A stretch of DNA of 64,000 bases, from the NCBI GenBank assembly GCA_964588685.1, contig CAZPQG010000002.1, positions 35,481 through 99,480 on the forward strand. Reading direction: 5' to 3'. Position numbers and translations under genes: made by a program. This DNA is from an uncultured Pseudomonadales bacterium (GTDB taxonomy: Bacteria; Patescibacteriota; Microgenomatia; UBA1400; PJMF01). How positions within the stretch are numbered: position 1 is the first letter of the stretch; the number at the start of each line of letters is the position of its first letter. Below the pieces are notes generated by a model. That model ran no database searches and was not told the origin of the DNA. It saw nothing but the letters and a program-made list of their open reading frames with translations. This document shows positions 21,389 to 31,791 of the stretch, one piece after another.

Positions 21389-21670
21389 TTAAAAATCTTC
21401 TTTTTGGGAAGTGCAGCCTGCCTTTTCAAACTCGGCCCTTGCAAGTGAAGCCAGAAAGTGACACACCCGAGCCCCATTAACTACACTTTGGCAAAAATCA
21501 GCGTATACTTTTTTGAATCTTGTATTGCACTCAAAACTTAATTTTTTAGCTACCATCTCAGCATTATCTTCAGTCCAACTTGATCTCTTGCTAAGATCAA
21601 TGCTGTTTGTTTCCATATTCTCCACATTCAGTATTAAGTTTGAAGGCTGCAAACGTTCTGCCATAAACAA
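21389..21670 (-). CDS. Hypothetical small Cys-containing protein (93 aa) between tRNA-Gly and tRNA-Asp
   Basis: ORF only, 4 Cys, no recognisable family. Coding status uncertain. Confidence 0.25.
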   Translation of the reverse strand: MFMAERLQPSNLILNVENMETNSIDLSKRSSWTEDNAEMVAKKLSFECNTRFKKVYADFCQSVVNGARVCHFLASLARAEFEKAGCTSQKEDF

Positions 21671-21695
21671 GTGAAGTTAATTTAATTTTAAACTG

Positions 21696-21769
21696 CGACC
21701 CCGACCGGGCTCGAACCGGCGATCTCTTCCGTGACAGGGAAGTATGTTAACCAACTACACCACGGGGCC
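21696..21769 (-). tRNA. tRNA-Asp (anticodon GTC)
   Basis: Reverse complement GGCCCCGTGGTGTAGTTGGTTAACAT...CTTCCCTGTCACGGAAG...GGTTCGAGCCCGGTCGGGGTCG. Confidence 0.8.
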
Positions 21770-22303
21770 TGATAATAATTTACTGCTGTTGAATCTCTTC
21801 TTTTGAATAGACTCTGGCAAATTAGTTGTATTCAAAACTCTTATTCTGCTTTTCTAATTACAACACTGTCAGCAGCATATCTCTTCAATCTTCCTATAAA
21901 GTGGTCGCCTTTCACAAATAATCTTAACTTTCTTGTCAATTCAACTCATTGCTTAAGGCCTTAATTATAGCTAAAATGATTGACATTTTCCAGTTCTAAA
22001 ATCAGGTATTATGCTTTTTATTCTACCAAATTTTATTGCAAAAGCTAAATTTAAAGTAAAAAACAGACAAAAAACGATTCCTTAAAAAATTTGGGCTTTT
22101 TTTAAGAAAACTAGAACGGCAGTCAAACTAACATTACGACAGTCAGCCTAGCATCTCAGTTAAAATTTTAGTCTACTAAAATTGCTAAAAATAAGCTATA
22201 CTAATAACTTGAAACTAAGCGTATTTTTAAACAACATAACATAATAAAATTTATTAATTCTTTAAAAATAATTTGCTTAGCTTACTAATTAAAAAAAGAA
22301 ATT

Positions 22304-22903
22304 ATGTCAACATTAACCATCGCACTCATTGTCATTTTAATGATCATTTTTTATGTTGCTTTTGTCTTTAATGCCTTGCAAAAGCTTAAAACTCAAATTG
22401 AAGCCAGCATCCAAGAAATCGGCAATCAATTAAAACGACAGGCTAATTTAATTCCTAATCTGCAAGCGTCTGTTAAAAGTTATATGAAGCAAGAAAAGAA
22501 AATCTTTAAGATGCTAACTGAGGCTCGAAAATCTGTTGCTCAAGCAGAAAATTCCGGCCAAATGGAAGATATTAATGAAGCCATTGATCAAGTACAAAAT
22601 TTAGTGCCGCAATTAAGAGTGGTATTAGAAAGTAATCCGGAGATTAAATCAAACCAAACCATAGTTAAATTTATGAACGAATTAACTGATACGGCTGATA
22701 AATTAACCTATGCTAGACGAAGCTTAATCGATTTAGCTCAAATGTATAATCAAAAATTAGTTACTTTTCCCTCTAATTTAGTAGCTAATATGTTTGGTTT
22801 TGAACGCGAAAAAGGGCTGGAAACAGCCAAAACAGGGGAACATGTCACTGTTTCAGCTGAAGACATGAAAATGCCAAAAGTAGATTTAGATCAGGAAGAA
22901 TAA
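22304..22903 (+). CDS. lemA: LemA family membrane protein
   Basis: N-terminal TM plus LemA domain; the conserved partner htpX lies immediately downstream. Confidence 0.75.
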   Translation: MSTLTIALIVILMIIFYVAFVFNALQKLKTQIEASIQEIGNQLKRQANLIPNLQASVKSYMKQEKKIFKMLTEARKSVAQAENSGQMEDINEAIDQVQNLVPQLRVVLESNPEIKSNQTIVKFMNELTDTADKLTYARRSLIDLAQMYNQKLVTFPSNLVANMFGFEREKGLETAKTGEHVTVSAEDMKMPKVDLDQEE

Positions 22904-23023
22904 GCTTAAACAACAATTTGTAAAATAGCATTTTGAGATTAAAATGCTGGCTTTCAATGTTGTTTTGCCGTTCAATCTTACAATAGGTTGTTGTTTTTTA
23001 TATTTTAAATTTTTATCTTAAAT

Positions 23024-23965
23024 ATGGCAGTCAGTCATTACCAGCGCATCAGTAGCAACAAACGCCGCTCTACTTTAATTGTGGCTTTATTTATTATTTT
23101 TATTGCTGCTGCCAGCTATATTATGACTTTAGCTTTTGGCTACAGTTTAAATATAGTGGCTTATGCCTTAATTTTCTCAGGAATCACGACCTTTGTTAGT
23201 TACTGGTGGTCTGACAAAATAATTTTATCCATTTCCAATGCTGTGCCTGCCAACAGAAAAAATCATTTTGATTTTTACACGACAGTTGAAAATATTGCCA
23301 TTGGGCAAAGAATGCCAATGCCAAAATTGTATGTCATTCATGATACTGCCATCAATGCTTTCGCCACCGGTAGAAATCCCCAAAACGCTGTAGTTTGTGC
23401 CACCACTGGTCTGCTTAATAGGTTAAATCGATCAGAAATCGAAGGAGTAATGGCTCACGAAATGTCTCATGTTCAAAATTATGATATTTTATTGATGTCA
23501 GTTGTGACGATTTTAGTAGGTTTAGTGGCTTTACTTTCAGATTGGTTTTTAAGAATGAGTTTTTTTGGCAGAAGCCGCAATAGTCGTGACAATAAGAGCC
23601 AATTGCAGGCTATTTTAACCATTGTCGGCTTGCTTTTGGCACTTTTATCTCCTCTTATTGCCCAACTAATAAAGCTGGCAATATCACGCCGTAGAGAATT
23701 TTTAGCAGATTCAAGCGCAGTAGCTATGACTAGAAATCCGGAAGGCTTGGCTCGAGCTCTAGCCGCTATTTCTTCTGATCAACAGCCTTTGGAGGCAGCT
23801 AATAAAGCCACAGCCCACCTTTACATAGCTAATCCTCTTAAAAATCACAGAGGCTCACTTGGTTGGTTTGCTAGCTTATTTCAAACTCATCCTCCTATTA
23901 AAGAAAGAATTAAGCATTTAAGAGAATTGTCTATGTCGGAACATGATGCTGCAGCTAATAATTAA
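23024..23965 (+). CDS. htpX: Zinc metalloprotease HtpX (M48)
   Basis: HEMSH zinc motif (VMAHEMSHV), 4 TM segments, C-terminal second zinc-ligand region. Confidence 0.8.
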   Translation: MAVSHYQRISSNKRRSTLIVALFIIFIAAASYIMTLAFGYSLNIVAYALIFSGITTFVSYWWSDKIILSISNAVPANRKNHFDFYTTVENIAIGQRMPMPKLYVIHDTAINAFATGRNPQNAVVCATTGLLNRLNRSEIEGVMAHEMSHVQNYDILLMSVVTILVGLVALLSDWFLRMSFFGRSRNSRDNKSQLQAILTIVGLLLALLSPLIAQLIKLAISRRREFLADSSAVAMTRNPEGLARALAAISSDQQPLEAANKATAHLYIANPLKNHRGSLGWFASLFQTHPPIKERIKHLRELSMSEHDAAANN

Positions 23966-24215
23966 CATTAATTACAGGCAGGAGCAAATATTTTAAATAA
24001 GAGATTGGCTTTATTGAACTTAAATTGTTTTATTAAATTAACTTAAAAATGATAACTTTATGAGTATTTTTTTCTTGTATAATAAATTAATTCTAAAGGC
24101 TTAAAAAAGACTGAAAAAGATAAAACAAATTTAAAAAGTACAACAGCAAATTCAAACTAAACGAAATTAAACACATACTGCATTACCTTTATAGATAAAC
24201 ATTTTATACTTAACC

Positions 24216-24515
24216 ATGTCAAACATTACTCAAAAAATTATTGAACACGTAGCAAAATTGGCTAATATTCCTATTTCCAAACAAGAAGCGCAAGACTTAA
24301 CAACAGCTTTTCAAGAAACGCTGGAAGTAGTTGACAACCTGAAACAAATATCTGTAGAAGAAGTTGAACCAACCCATCAAGTAACCGGTCTTAGCAATGT
24401 TACCCGGCCCGATAAAATAGAAAAAGAATTTATGTTTTCCCAAAAAGAGGCATTAGCCAATGCTAAAGACACATATCAAGGTTATTTTGTTGTACCCAGA
24501 ATTCTCAAAAAATAA
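24216..24515 (+). CDS. gatC: Glu/Asp-tRNA amidotransferase subunit C
   Basis: ~99 aa, directly upstream of gatA in the gatCAB order. Confidence 0.75.
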   Translation: MSNITQKIIEHVAKLANIPISKQEAQDLTTAFQETLEVVDNLKQISVEEVEPTHQVTGLSNVTRPDKIEKEFMFSQKEALANAKDTYQGYFVVPRILKK

Positions 24516-24517
24516 TT

Positions 24518-25900
24518 ATGTCTGATTTAAACACACTCACTCTTAAACAAGCTCTTGATTTGCTCAAGAAGAAAAAAGTAACGATTGATGAAATTTATTC
24601 AGATTTGTTGGCAGCTATCGACCAAAAAAATAAAGATTACAACATCTATTTAGATAGGCCGCAAAATCCTCTGCAGCAAGCCAAAGAAGTAAAGCAGCAA
24701 TCTTTGGCCGGCTTGCCTATAGCTGTGAAAGATAATTTTTGCACCCGAGATTTAACTACCACGGCTGCTTCTAAAATTTTAGAAAAATTTAAGCCACCCC
24801 ATGAATCAACTGTCACTAAAAAAATTAAACAACATGGCGGTGTGATAATCGGCAAAACCAATATGGACGCTTGGGCTCACGGCAGTTCAACTGAAACCAG
24901 CTCCTTTGGCACCACTTTGAATCCACGCAATAAAAAATATGTTCCGGGTGGTTCTTCCGGCGGCAGTGCCGCAGCTATAGCAGCTGATTTGTCATTGGCA
25001 GCCCTCGGCACTGAAACAGCCGGCTCAATTCGCCAACCGGCATCCTGGTGTGGAGTAGTTGGTTTAAAACCAACTTACGGTCGAGTCAGCCGTCACGGAG
25101 TCATTGCTATGGCTTCATCTACTGACAGCCCGGGGCCGATTGCTAAAACCGTGGAAGACGCAACTATTTTGTTCAATACTATAGCCGGCCCGGATGAACA
25201 CGATGCCACCACTTCCAAGCTGCCGGTTCCTGATTTAAGCCAATCATTAAATCAATCAATCAAAGACCTCAAAATTGGAGTAATGTATCTGAACTTGGAT
25301 GGTTTGGCATCTATCCGCCCTATTTTTAAAGAACAGTTAAAAGTTTTTGAGGAGCTAGGCGCGAAGGTAGAGCCAGTCAAAGCTTTAGACCCCCATTACG
25401 CCATTGGCGTTTACACAGTCGTGCAAAGAGCAGAGGTCAGCAGTAATCTAGCTCGCTTTGACGGCGTTAGATACGGTCGCAATCGGTCATTGTTCGGACC
25501 AGAAGCTAAACGACGCATTATGCTCGGCACCTTCACCTTAAGCAAAGGCTACGCGGAGCAATATTATAAATTAGCTCAAAAAGTAAGAACTTTGTTTATT
25601 CAAGATTTTCAACGCTTATTTAAAAACTATGACTTACTGGTGGCCCCTACTTCTCCCGGCTACGCGAAAAAAAGAGGCATTAGTGCCAGCAGTCCTATGT
25701 TCGGCGAATTAGAAGATATGCTGCTTGAAGCCAGTTCTGTAGCTGGTTTGCCGGGTATCTCAATTCCTTGCTATCGAAACAAGAAAAGCAACTTATATTT
25801 AGGCATGAACATCATGGCGCCCATGTTTAAAGAAGATGTAATGGTCAAAGCTGCCGACGCCTTTGAAAAAAACACGCCATGGAATAGTTGGAGAAATTAA
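24518..25900 (+). CDS. gatA: Glu/Asp-tRNA amidotransferase subunit A (amidase)
   Basis: Amidase signature GGSSGGSAAA and a Ser-cisSer-Lys triad region. Confidence 0.9.
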   Translation: MSDLNTLTLKQALDLLKKKKVTIDEIYSDLLAAIDQKNKDYNIYLDRPQNPLQQAKEVKQQSLAGLPIAVKDNFCTRDLTTTAASKILEKFKPPHESTVTKKIKQHGGVIIGKTNMDAWAHGSSTETSSFGTTLNPRNKKYVPGGSSGGSAAAIAADLSLAALGTETAGSIRQPASWCGVVGLKPTYGRVSRHGVIAMASSTDSPGPIAKTVEDATILFNTIAGPDEHDATTSKLPVPDLSQSLNQSIKDLKIGVMYLNLDGLASIRPIFKEQLKVFEELGAKVEPVKALDPHYAIGVYTVVQRAEVSSNLARFDGVRYGRNRSLFGPEAKRRIMLGTFTLSKGYAEQYYKLAQKVRTLFIQDFQRLFKNYDLLVAPTSPGYAKKRGISASSPMFGELEDMLLEASSVAGLPGISIPCYRNKKSNLYLGMNIMAPMFKEDVMVKAADAFEKNTPWNSWRN

Positions 25901-25934
25901 TCATAATTAAAAAAACATCAGCCAAACAAATATT

Positions 25935-27344
25935 ATGGCGACTAAAACAAAAACTAATAACACCACCCAAAACAGCAAAAAGACAAGTCAGCCGGGGTCT
26001 TATTCCAAAAAATACAAGCCTCGTATTGGATTAGAAATTCACGCCGAATTAAAAACAAACTCAAAAATGTTTTGCGGCTGTGTTAATGATCCTTTTGCAG
26101 CCGAGGAACCCAATATTTATACTTGTCCGGTCTGTTTAGGCATGCCGGGAGCTTTACCGGTACCTAATCAAAAAGCGATCGAGTGGACTATCAAATTAGG
26201 CTTAGCCCTCAACTGCAAAATTAATAAATTTTCAAAATTTGACCGTAAACACTATTTTTATCCGGATTTAGCCAAGGGCTATCAAATTAGTCAATACGAC
26301 ATCCCCTTTTGCTATCAAGGCTCTATTGAGACTTCTGAGGGAGAAGTTAAAATCCGCAGAATCCATTTGGAAGAAGATACCGGCAAATTAATTCATGAAA
26401 CTATTGATGGTCAACCTGTGAGCTTGATTGACTTTAATCGCAGTGGAGTACCGTTAGTAGAAATTGTCTCTGAACCGGATGTTAAAAACAGTCAACAAGC
26501 TAAAGAGTATAGTCAAAATTTAACGCAAGTGCTGAGATATCTAGATATTTCTGATTGCAAGATGGCTGAAGGGGGCATGCGATTGGAAGCCAATGTCTCT
26601 TTAAGCAAAATTGACTCAGACAAACTACCGGCTTATAAAGTTGAGCTTAAAAACATTAACTCCTATCGCTTTTTACAAGACGCCATTGAATATGAAATTA
26701 AACGGCAGACTAAAATTTTAGAACAAGGACAAATTCCCGCCCAAGAAACCAGAGGCTGGGATCCAGCGCAGCAACAATCTTTTTCACAAAGAAGTAAAGA
26801 AGAAGCAGAAGACTACCGCTATTTTCCGGAGCCTGATATACCTCCGCTAGAATTCACTGCAGAGCAAATTAGCCACATTCAAGACAGCTTGCCTGAAATG
26901 CCTCAACAAGTGAGTGCCCGCTGGCAAAAAGAATATCAAATAGAGCCATATAACGCTCAACAGTTAACTTCAAATATTAATCAAACACAGTGGGCAGAAC
27001 AAGTTTTTGTCATAGCGCAAGAAGAGAATATTAAGGCTAATGATATAGCTAATGATATCATCAACCAGAAAATTGAAGTTAACTCACAGACTCCGGCTCA
27101 AAAAGTAATTGCAGCGTATCAAGATCTTCACCAAACAGTTGCTCTTGATGAAGAAAAACTAACAACAATTATCAACCAAGTTTTAGCTGAAAACCAGGAC
27201 GTAGAAGCTAAATACCATGCCGGCAAAACTCAGGTGCTTGGATTTTTAATGGGGCAGGTAATGACCCGGCTTGATAAATCAGCAGACCCTCATCAAATAA
27301 AATCAGCTTTAACATCAATTTTAAAACAAAGAACGGCAAACTAA
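25935..27344 (+). CDS. gatB: Glu/Asp-tRNA amidotransferase subunit B
   Basis: GLEIHAEL, CPVCLG, and a YqeY-like C-terminus. Confidence 0.9.
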   Translation: MATKTKTNNTTQNSKKTSQPGSYSKKYKPRIGLEIHAELKTNSKMFCGCVNDPFAAEEPNIYTCPVCLGMPGALPVPNQKAIEWTIKLGLALNCKINKFSKFDRKHYFYPDLAKGYQISQYDIPFCYQGSIETSEGEVKIRRIHLEEDTGKLIHETIDGQPVSLIDFNRSGVPLVEIVSEPDVKNSQQAKEYSQNLTQVLRYLDISDCKMAEGGMRLEANVSLSKIDSDKLPAYKVELKNINSYRFLQDAIEYEIKRQTKILEQGQIPAQETRGWDPAQQQSFSQRSKEEAEDYRYFPEPDIPPLEFTAEQISHIQDSLPEMPQQVSARWQKEYQIEPYNAQQLTSNINQTQWAEQVFVIAQEENIKANDIANDIINQKIEVNSQTPAQKVIAAYQDLHQTVALDEEKLTTIINQVLAENQDVEAKYHAGKTQVLGFLMGQVMTRLDKSADPHQIKSALTSILKQRTAN

Positions 27345-27472
27345 GATAAAAAAAGAAAGATAAAAATAGAAAGACAAACCTAATAAGATAAAATTAGAAC
27401 GCCAGAAATTAAATTTTAAGATCATATGACATTATTTTAATGATACTTATATTTTGTTAAGCTTTTATATTC

Positions 27473-30400
27473 ATGCCCGACTTCGTTCATCTCCATCTTC
27501 ACTCTGAATACTCTATGCTGGACGGCCTAGTAAAATTTCCTGATTTAATTGACAAAGTCAAAGCACAAGGCCAAAACGCAGTAGCTTTAACTGATCACGG
27601 CAATATGTATGGAGCTGTAGAGTTTCATAATATTTGCCGAGAACGTGATGTTAAGCCTATTATCGGCTGTGAGATGTACTTGGCAGAAAATGGCTTAAAA
27701 ACAAAACAGACAAGACCGGGTCAAGATCAAAGTCATTTGACATTATTGGCAAAAAATTTTACCGGCTATCAAAATTTAATGGAGTTAGTTAGTATTGCTC
27801 ATTTTGAAGGCTTTCATTATAAACCTCGTATCGATAAAAAAAAATTATTTAGCCACAGTGAAGGTTTGATAGTTTTAACCGGCTGCTTAAATGGATTGAT
27901 TGCCAAGGATATTATTACTCACAACATAAGTGCAGCTAAGGAAAATCTGGATCAACTACAGCAAGCTTTCCCCAATCATTTATATATTGAAATACAAAAT
28001 CACGGCCTAACAGAACAGGAAGAATTAAATCAACATTTGATAAAAATGGCCCGCGAATTCAATCTTCCTTTAGCAGCTACTAATGATGTGCATTATTTAA
28101 ATGCTGATGATGCTGAAGCGCAAGATGCTTTATTAGCTGTAGGCACGCGTAGTTTAGTTTCAGATCAAGATCGATTGTCAATGATTAATACACCTGAATT
28201 TTATTTAAAAAGCCCTAACCAAATGGCGGATTTGTTTGCTGATACTCCGGAGGCAGTCAAAAATACTCTTGAAATTGCTGAGCGCTGCCAAGTTGATATA
28301 CCAACCGGCAATCTTATTTTTCCTAAATTTCCCCTACCGAAAAACGAAACTGATGCTTCTTATTTAAAAAAACTGACCATAGAGGGGTTAAAAAATAAAT
28401 ATCCGGAGATTACTCCAAAAATAAAAAAACGGCTGGAATATGAACTTAAAATTATTCATGATAAAGGCTACGACACTTACTTTTTAGTGACTCATGACTT
28501 TGTGAAATGGGCTAAAGAACAAGACATCGGAGTTGGGCCCGGACGGGGGAGCGCTGCCGGCTCCATTGTTTCTTACGGTTTAGATATTACCACTCTTGAC
28601 CCCTTTGAACACGGCTTGCCTTTTGAAAGATTTTTAAATCCACAACGGCCAACCCCGCCTGATATAGATATTGATTTTGCTGACGACAGAAGAGATGAAG
28701 TCATTCATTATGTAGCTAATAAATACGGGGATGATGTGGTCGGCCATGTAATTACCTTTGGCCGAATGGAAGCCAGAGGAGCCATTCGTGATATCGGCCG
28801 TGTATTAGGCATGCCTTATGAACAGCCGGACCGCATTGCCAAACTTATTCCAAACAACCCTCAACAAAAAACCTCCATTAAACAAGCCATCAAAAGTGTG
28901 CCTGAATTAAACGAATATTACAAACAACCTAAATATGAAAAATTGTTGGACTTAGCAATGAGAGTTGAGGGAACTGTCAGGCACAGCAGTGTGCACGCCG
29001 CTGCAGTAGTCATTGCTGATAAGCCCCTTTTAAGGTATACACCTATTCAAAAAGATTCTAAAACCAACGCCACTGTTACTCAGTATGACATGTATTCACT
29101 CGACTGCAATATTAATGACGATGCAATTGGTTTGATTAAATTTGATTTTTTAGGCTTAAGAAATCTATCAATTTTACAGAATGCTATTGATTTAATTGAA
29201 AAATATCATCAAGTTGAGATTAATTGGGATCAAATTGAATTGGATGATGAAGAAACTTACAAACTCATTAGCAGCGGCGAAACTACGGGCATCTTTCAAC
29301 TTGAGTCAGCAGGCATGCGGCGAGTCGCCAGAAATCTTAAGCCTTCACAATTCTCAGATATCACTGCTATGCTGGCTCTGTATAGACCCGGCCCCATGGA
29401 CTTAATTCCTCAGTTTATTCAAGGCAAGCATAATCCTGAAGCAGTAACTTATCCTCATCCCACTTTAAAACCAGTGCTTGAAGAAACCTACGGCATCATG
29501 GTTTACCAAGAGCAAATCCTGCAAATTGCTCATATTATGGCCGGCTACTCTTTAGGAGAAGCAGATATTTTACGGCGAGCCATCGGTAAAAAAAAGAAAA
29601 AAATTCTTGATAAAAATAAAAAAAGATTTATTAAACAAGCAGTTAAAAAAGGTTATAAAGAACAAACCGCTGTTAAGGTCTGGGGTTTTATTGAAGCTTT
29701 CGCCAATTATGGTTTTAATAAATCTCATGCTGCCAGCTACGGCATGATCTCTTATCAAACGGCTTACCTCAAAGCCCATTATCCGGTTGAATTTATGACA
29801 GCTCTTATGAGCGTAGAAAGCGATTCAAGTTCCGCCAACAGAGATGAAAAAATTGCTATAGCCATTGATGCTTGTAAAAAATTAGGCATTAAAATTTTAC
29901 CGCCTGATATCAACAAGTCCGGTAAAAATTTTACTATTGAATCTGATGATAATTCCTTAAACGGCCGAGCTATTCGCTTTAGTTTAAACGCCATTAAAAA
30001 TATCGGTGCAGCTGCAATCGAAAATATACTTTCTACACGTCAAGAACATGGTAAATTTGCTTCGTTTACCCAATTTATCCACTTAACTGATACCCGTAAA
30101 GTTAATAAAACAGTTTTAGAATCATTAATTAAAGTGGGAGCCATGGACAGCTTTGGCACCAGAGCTAGTATGCTGGAAAATTTTGAGGGCATTAGACAAA
30201 CGGCTGCTTCTTTTGAAACAGAACAAAAAGGTCAAGACAACCTGTTTGCAGAAGTAGCTCAGAAGGTAACAGAAATTAAAGATAATTTTGAAAAAATACC
30301 GGAATATCCGGAAAAAGAATTGCTTTCCTTTGAAAAAGAGCTGCTTGGAATTTATTTAACAGACCATCCTTTAGCTGATTCTTTAAAAGCAGTGACCAAC

Positions 30401-30925
30401 TTGGCCAGCAAAACCATTACTGAGATTGATCCCGCTATTCACCTTAACCAAGTTTTTGTTTTCGGAGGAGTTATTAATAGAATTAAGCATGTTAAAACCC
30501 GTAAAAGCAACAAAGACATGTGCTTCGGCCGCTTAGAAGACCAGACCGGCTCGATTAGATTCGTAGTTTTTCCTCGAACATATGAAAAATATCAATCTTT
30601 ACTGTCCAATAATAAAGTAGTGTTGATGAAGGGCAAAATTAATGAAAGAGAAGGGGAGATTAATCTGATTGCGGAAAAAATATTTTTACCTAAAAAACAA
30701 GTAATGAAACAAAAAGAAGAAAGTAATTATAAAGAAATCTTTATTCCCCGTAAAACTTCTAAAGATGCGTTGAAAAAATTAGGACAATTGCTCAAAAAAC
30801 ATCCGGGAAAGGACAAAGCTATGGTCGTGATTCCCAATGGTGATACTCCGAAAAAAATGAAATTGCCCTATACCATCAACTTTTCTGATAAATTAGAAAA
30901 GAAAATTGATCAATTATTAAAATAG
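27473..30925 (+). CDS. dnaE: DNA polymerase III alpha subunit
   Basis: N-terminal PHP domain (HLHLHSEYSMLDG), polymerase core, C-terminal OB fold; 1150 aa, no intein-length insertion. Confidence 0.9.
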   Translation: MPDFVHLHLHSEYSMLDGLVKFPDLIDKVKAQGQNAVALTDHGNMYGAVEFHNICRERDVKPIIGCEMYLAENGLKTKQTRPGQDQSHLTLLAKNFTGYQNLMELVSIAHFEGFHYKPRIDKKKLFSHSEGLIVLTGCLNGLIAKDIITHNISAAKENLDQLQQAFPNHLYIEIQNHGLTEQEELNQHLIKMAREFNLPLAATNDVHYLNADDAEAQDALLAVGTRSLVSDQDRLSMINTPEFYLKSPNQMADLFADTPEAVKNTLEIAERCQVDIPTGNLIFPKFPLPKNETDASYLKKLTIEGLKNKYPEITPKIKKRLEYELKIIHDKGYDTYFLVTHDFVKWAKEQDIGVGPGRGSAAGSIVSYGLDITTLDPFEHGLPFERFLNPQRPTPPDIDIDFADDRRDEVIHYVANKYGDDVVGHVITFGRMEARGAIRDIGRVLGMPYEQPDRIAKLIPNNPQQKTSIKQAIKSVPELNEYYKQPKYEKLLDLAMRVEGTVRHSSVHAAAVVIADKPLLRYTPIQKDSKTNATVTQYDMYSLDCNINDDAIGLIKFDFLGLRNLSILQNAIDLIEKYHQVEINWDQIELDDEETYKLISSGETTGIFQLESAGMRRVARNLKPSQFSDITAMLALYRPGPMDLIPQFIQGKHNPEAVTYPHPTLKPVLEETYGIMVYQEQILQIAHIMAGYSLGEADILRRAIGKKKKKILDKNKKRFIKQAVKKGYKEQTAVKVWGFIEAFANYGFNKSHAASYGMISYQTAYLKAHYPVEFMTALMSVESDSSSANRDEKIAIAIDACKKLGIKILPPDINKSGKNFTIESDDNSLNGRAIRFSLNAIKNIGAAAIENILSTRQEHGKFASFTQFIHLTDTRKVNKTVLESLIKVGAMDSFGTRASMLENFEGIRQTAASFETEQKGQDNLFAEVAQKVTEIKDNFEKIPEYPEKELLSFEKELLGIYLTDHPLADSLKAVTNLASKTITEIDPAIHLNQVFVFGGVINRIKHVKTRKSNKDMCFGRLEDQTGSIRFVVFPRTYEKYQSLLSNNKVVLMKGKINEREGEINLIAEKIFLPKKQVMKQKEESNYKEIFIPRKTSKDALKKLGQLLKKHPGKDKAMVVIPNGDTPKKMKLPYTINFSDKLEKKIDQLLK

Positions 30926-30954
30926 TTTTAGTTATTGAAATAAATTAAAAATTT

Positions 30955-31791
30955 ATGAATGAACCTCTGAGTTCAGCTGAAATTAAACGACTGACTAACA
31001 CAGCACAAGTGGTGAGAATTAAAATAATTGAGATGCTAGCTCGAGCCGGGTCCGGGCATCCGGCCGGAGCTCTAGGCATGACTGATATTTTTACAGCGCT
31101 ATATTTTAAATTACTCAAACATCGACCTGACCAACCGGACTGGGATCAACGTGACTACCTTCTTTTATCAAATGGACACATCTGTCCGGTCTTATATGTT
31201 TGTTTGGCTGTGGCTGGTTATTTTCCGGTCGAAAAATTAACTCAACTACGGCAAATAGACAGCCCTTTGCAAGGTCATCCTAAATTATCATCATTACCTG
31301 GTGTTGAAATTACCTCCGGTTCTTTAGGTCAGGGTTTATCTCAAGCTTGCGGCTTGGCGCTGGCATTAAAACACGATCAAAAAAATAATCATATTTATTG
31401 TTTAATGAGTGATGGTGAGCAACAAGAAGGCCAAACTTGGGAGGCATATATGCTGGCTGCTAAATATCAATTAATAAATTTAACAGCCATTATTGATCGC
31501 AATATGATTCAAATCGGCGGCAGGACTGAACAAATTATGCCCTTGGAAAATCTTGTGGCAAAACTTAAATCTTTTGGCTGGCAGACTTTAGCAATTGACG
31601 GTCATAATTTAAATAACATTGCTGCTGCAGTCTCAGAAGCCAAATCAGATAATGCTCCCACTGCGATAATAGCCAATACAATTCCGGGGAAAGGTGCTGA
31701 TTTAATGGAACATGATCATCGCTGGCACGGCAAAGCTCCAACTTTAGAACAAGCTCAACAAATTATTCGTAATCTAGCTTCAAAACCATGA
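30955..31791 (+). CDS. Transketolase, N-terminal (TPP pyrophosphate-binding) subunit
   Basis: GHPAGALGM, GHICPVLY, and GSLGQGLSQACG TPP motif; its stop overlaps the start of the next gene. Confidence 0.8.
   Translation: MNEPLSSAEIKRLTNTAQVVRIKIIEMLARAGSGHPAGALGMTDIFTALYFKLLKHRPDQPDWDQRDYLLLSNGHICPVLYVCLAVAGYFPVEKLTQLRQIDSPLQGHPKLSSLPGVEITSGSLGQGLSQACGLALALKHDQKNNHIYCLMSDGEQQEGQTWEAYMLAAKYQLINLTAIIDRNMIQIGGRTEQIMPLENLVAKLKSFGWQTLAIDGHNLNNIAAAVSEAKSDNAPTAIIANTIPGKGADLMEHDHRWHGKAPTLEQAQQIIRNLASKP

Noticed and set aside
21780-22300. Searched the 520-bp non-coding gap for an SRP, 6S or RNase P RNA
   Set aside because: Uniformly AT-rich with no extended helices or recognisable conserved motifs; kept only as part of the tRNA-cluster observation.
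27473-30925. Possible intein or other insertion in dnaE
   Set aside because: Length (1150 aa) and contiguous PHP, polymerase and OB similarity are as expected for DnaE; no extein-junction motifs seen.
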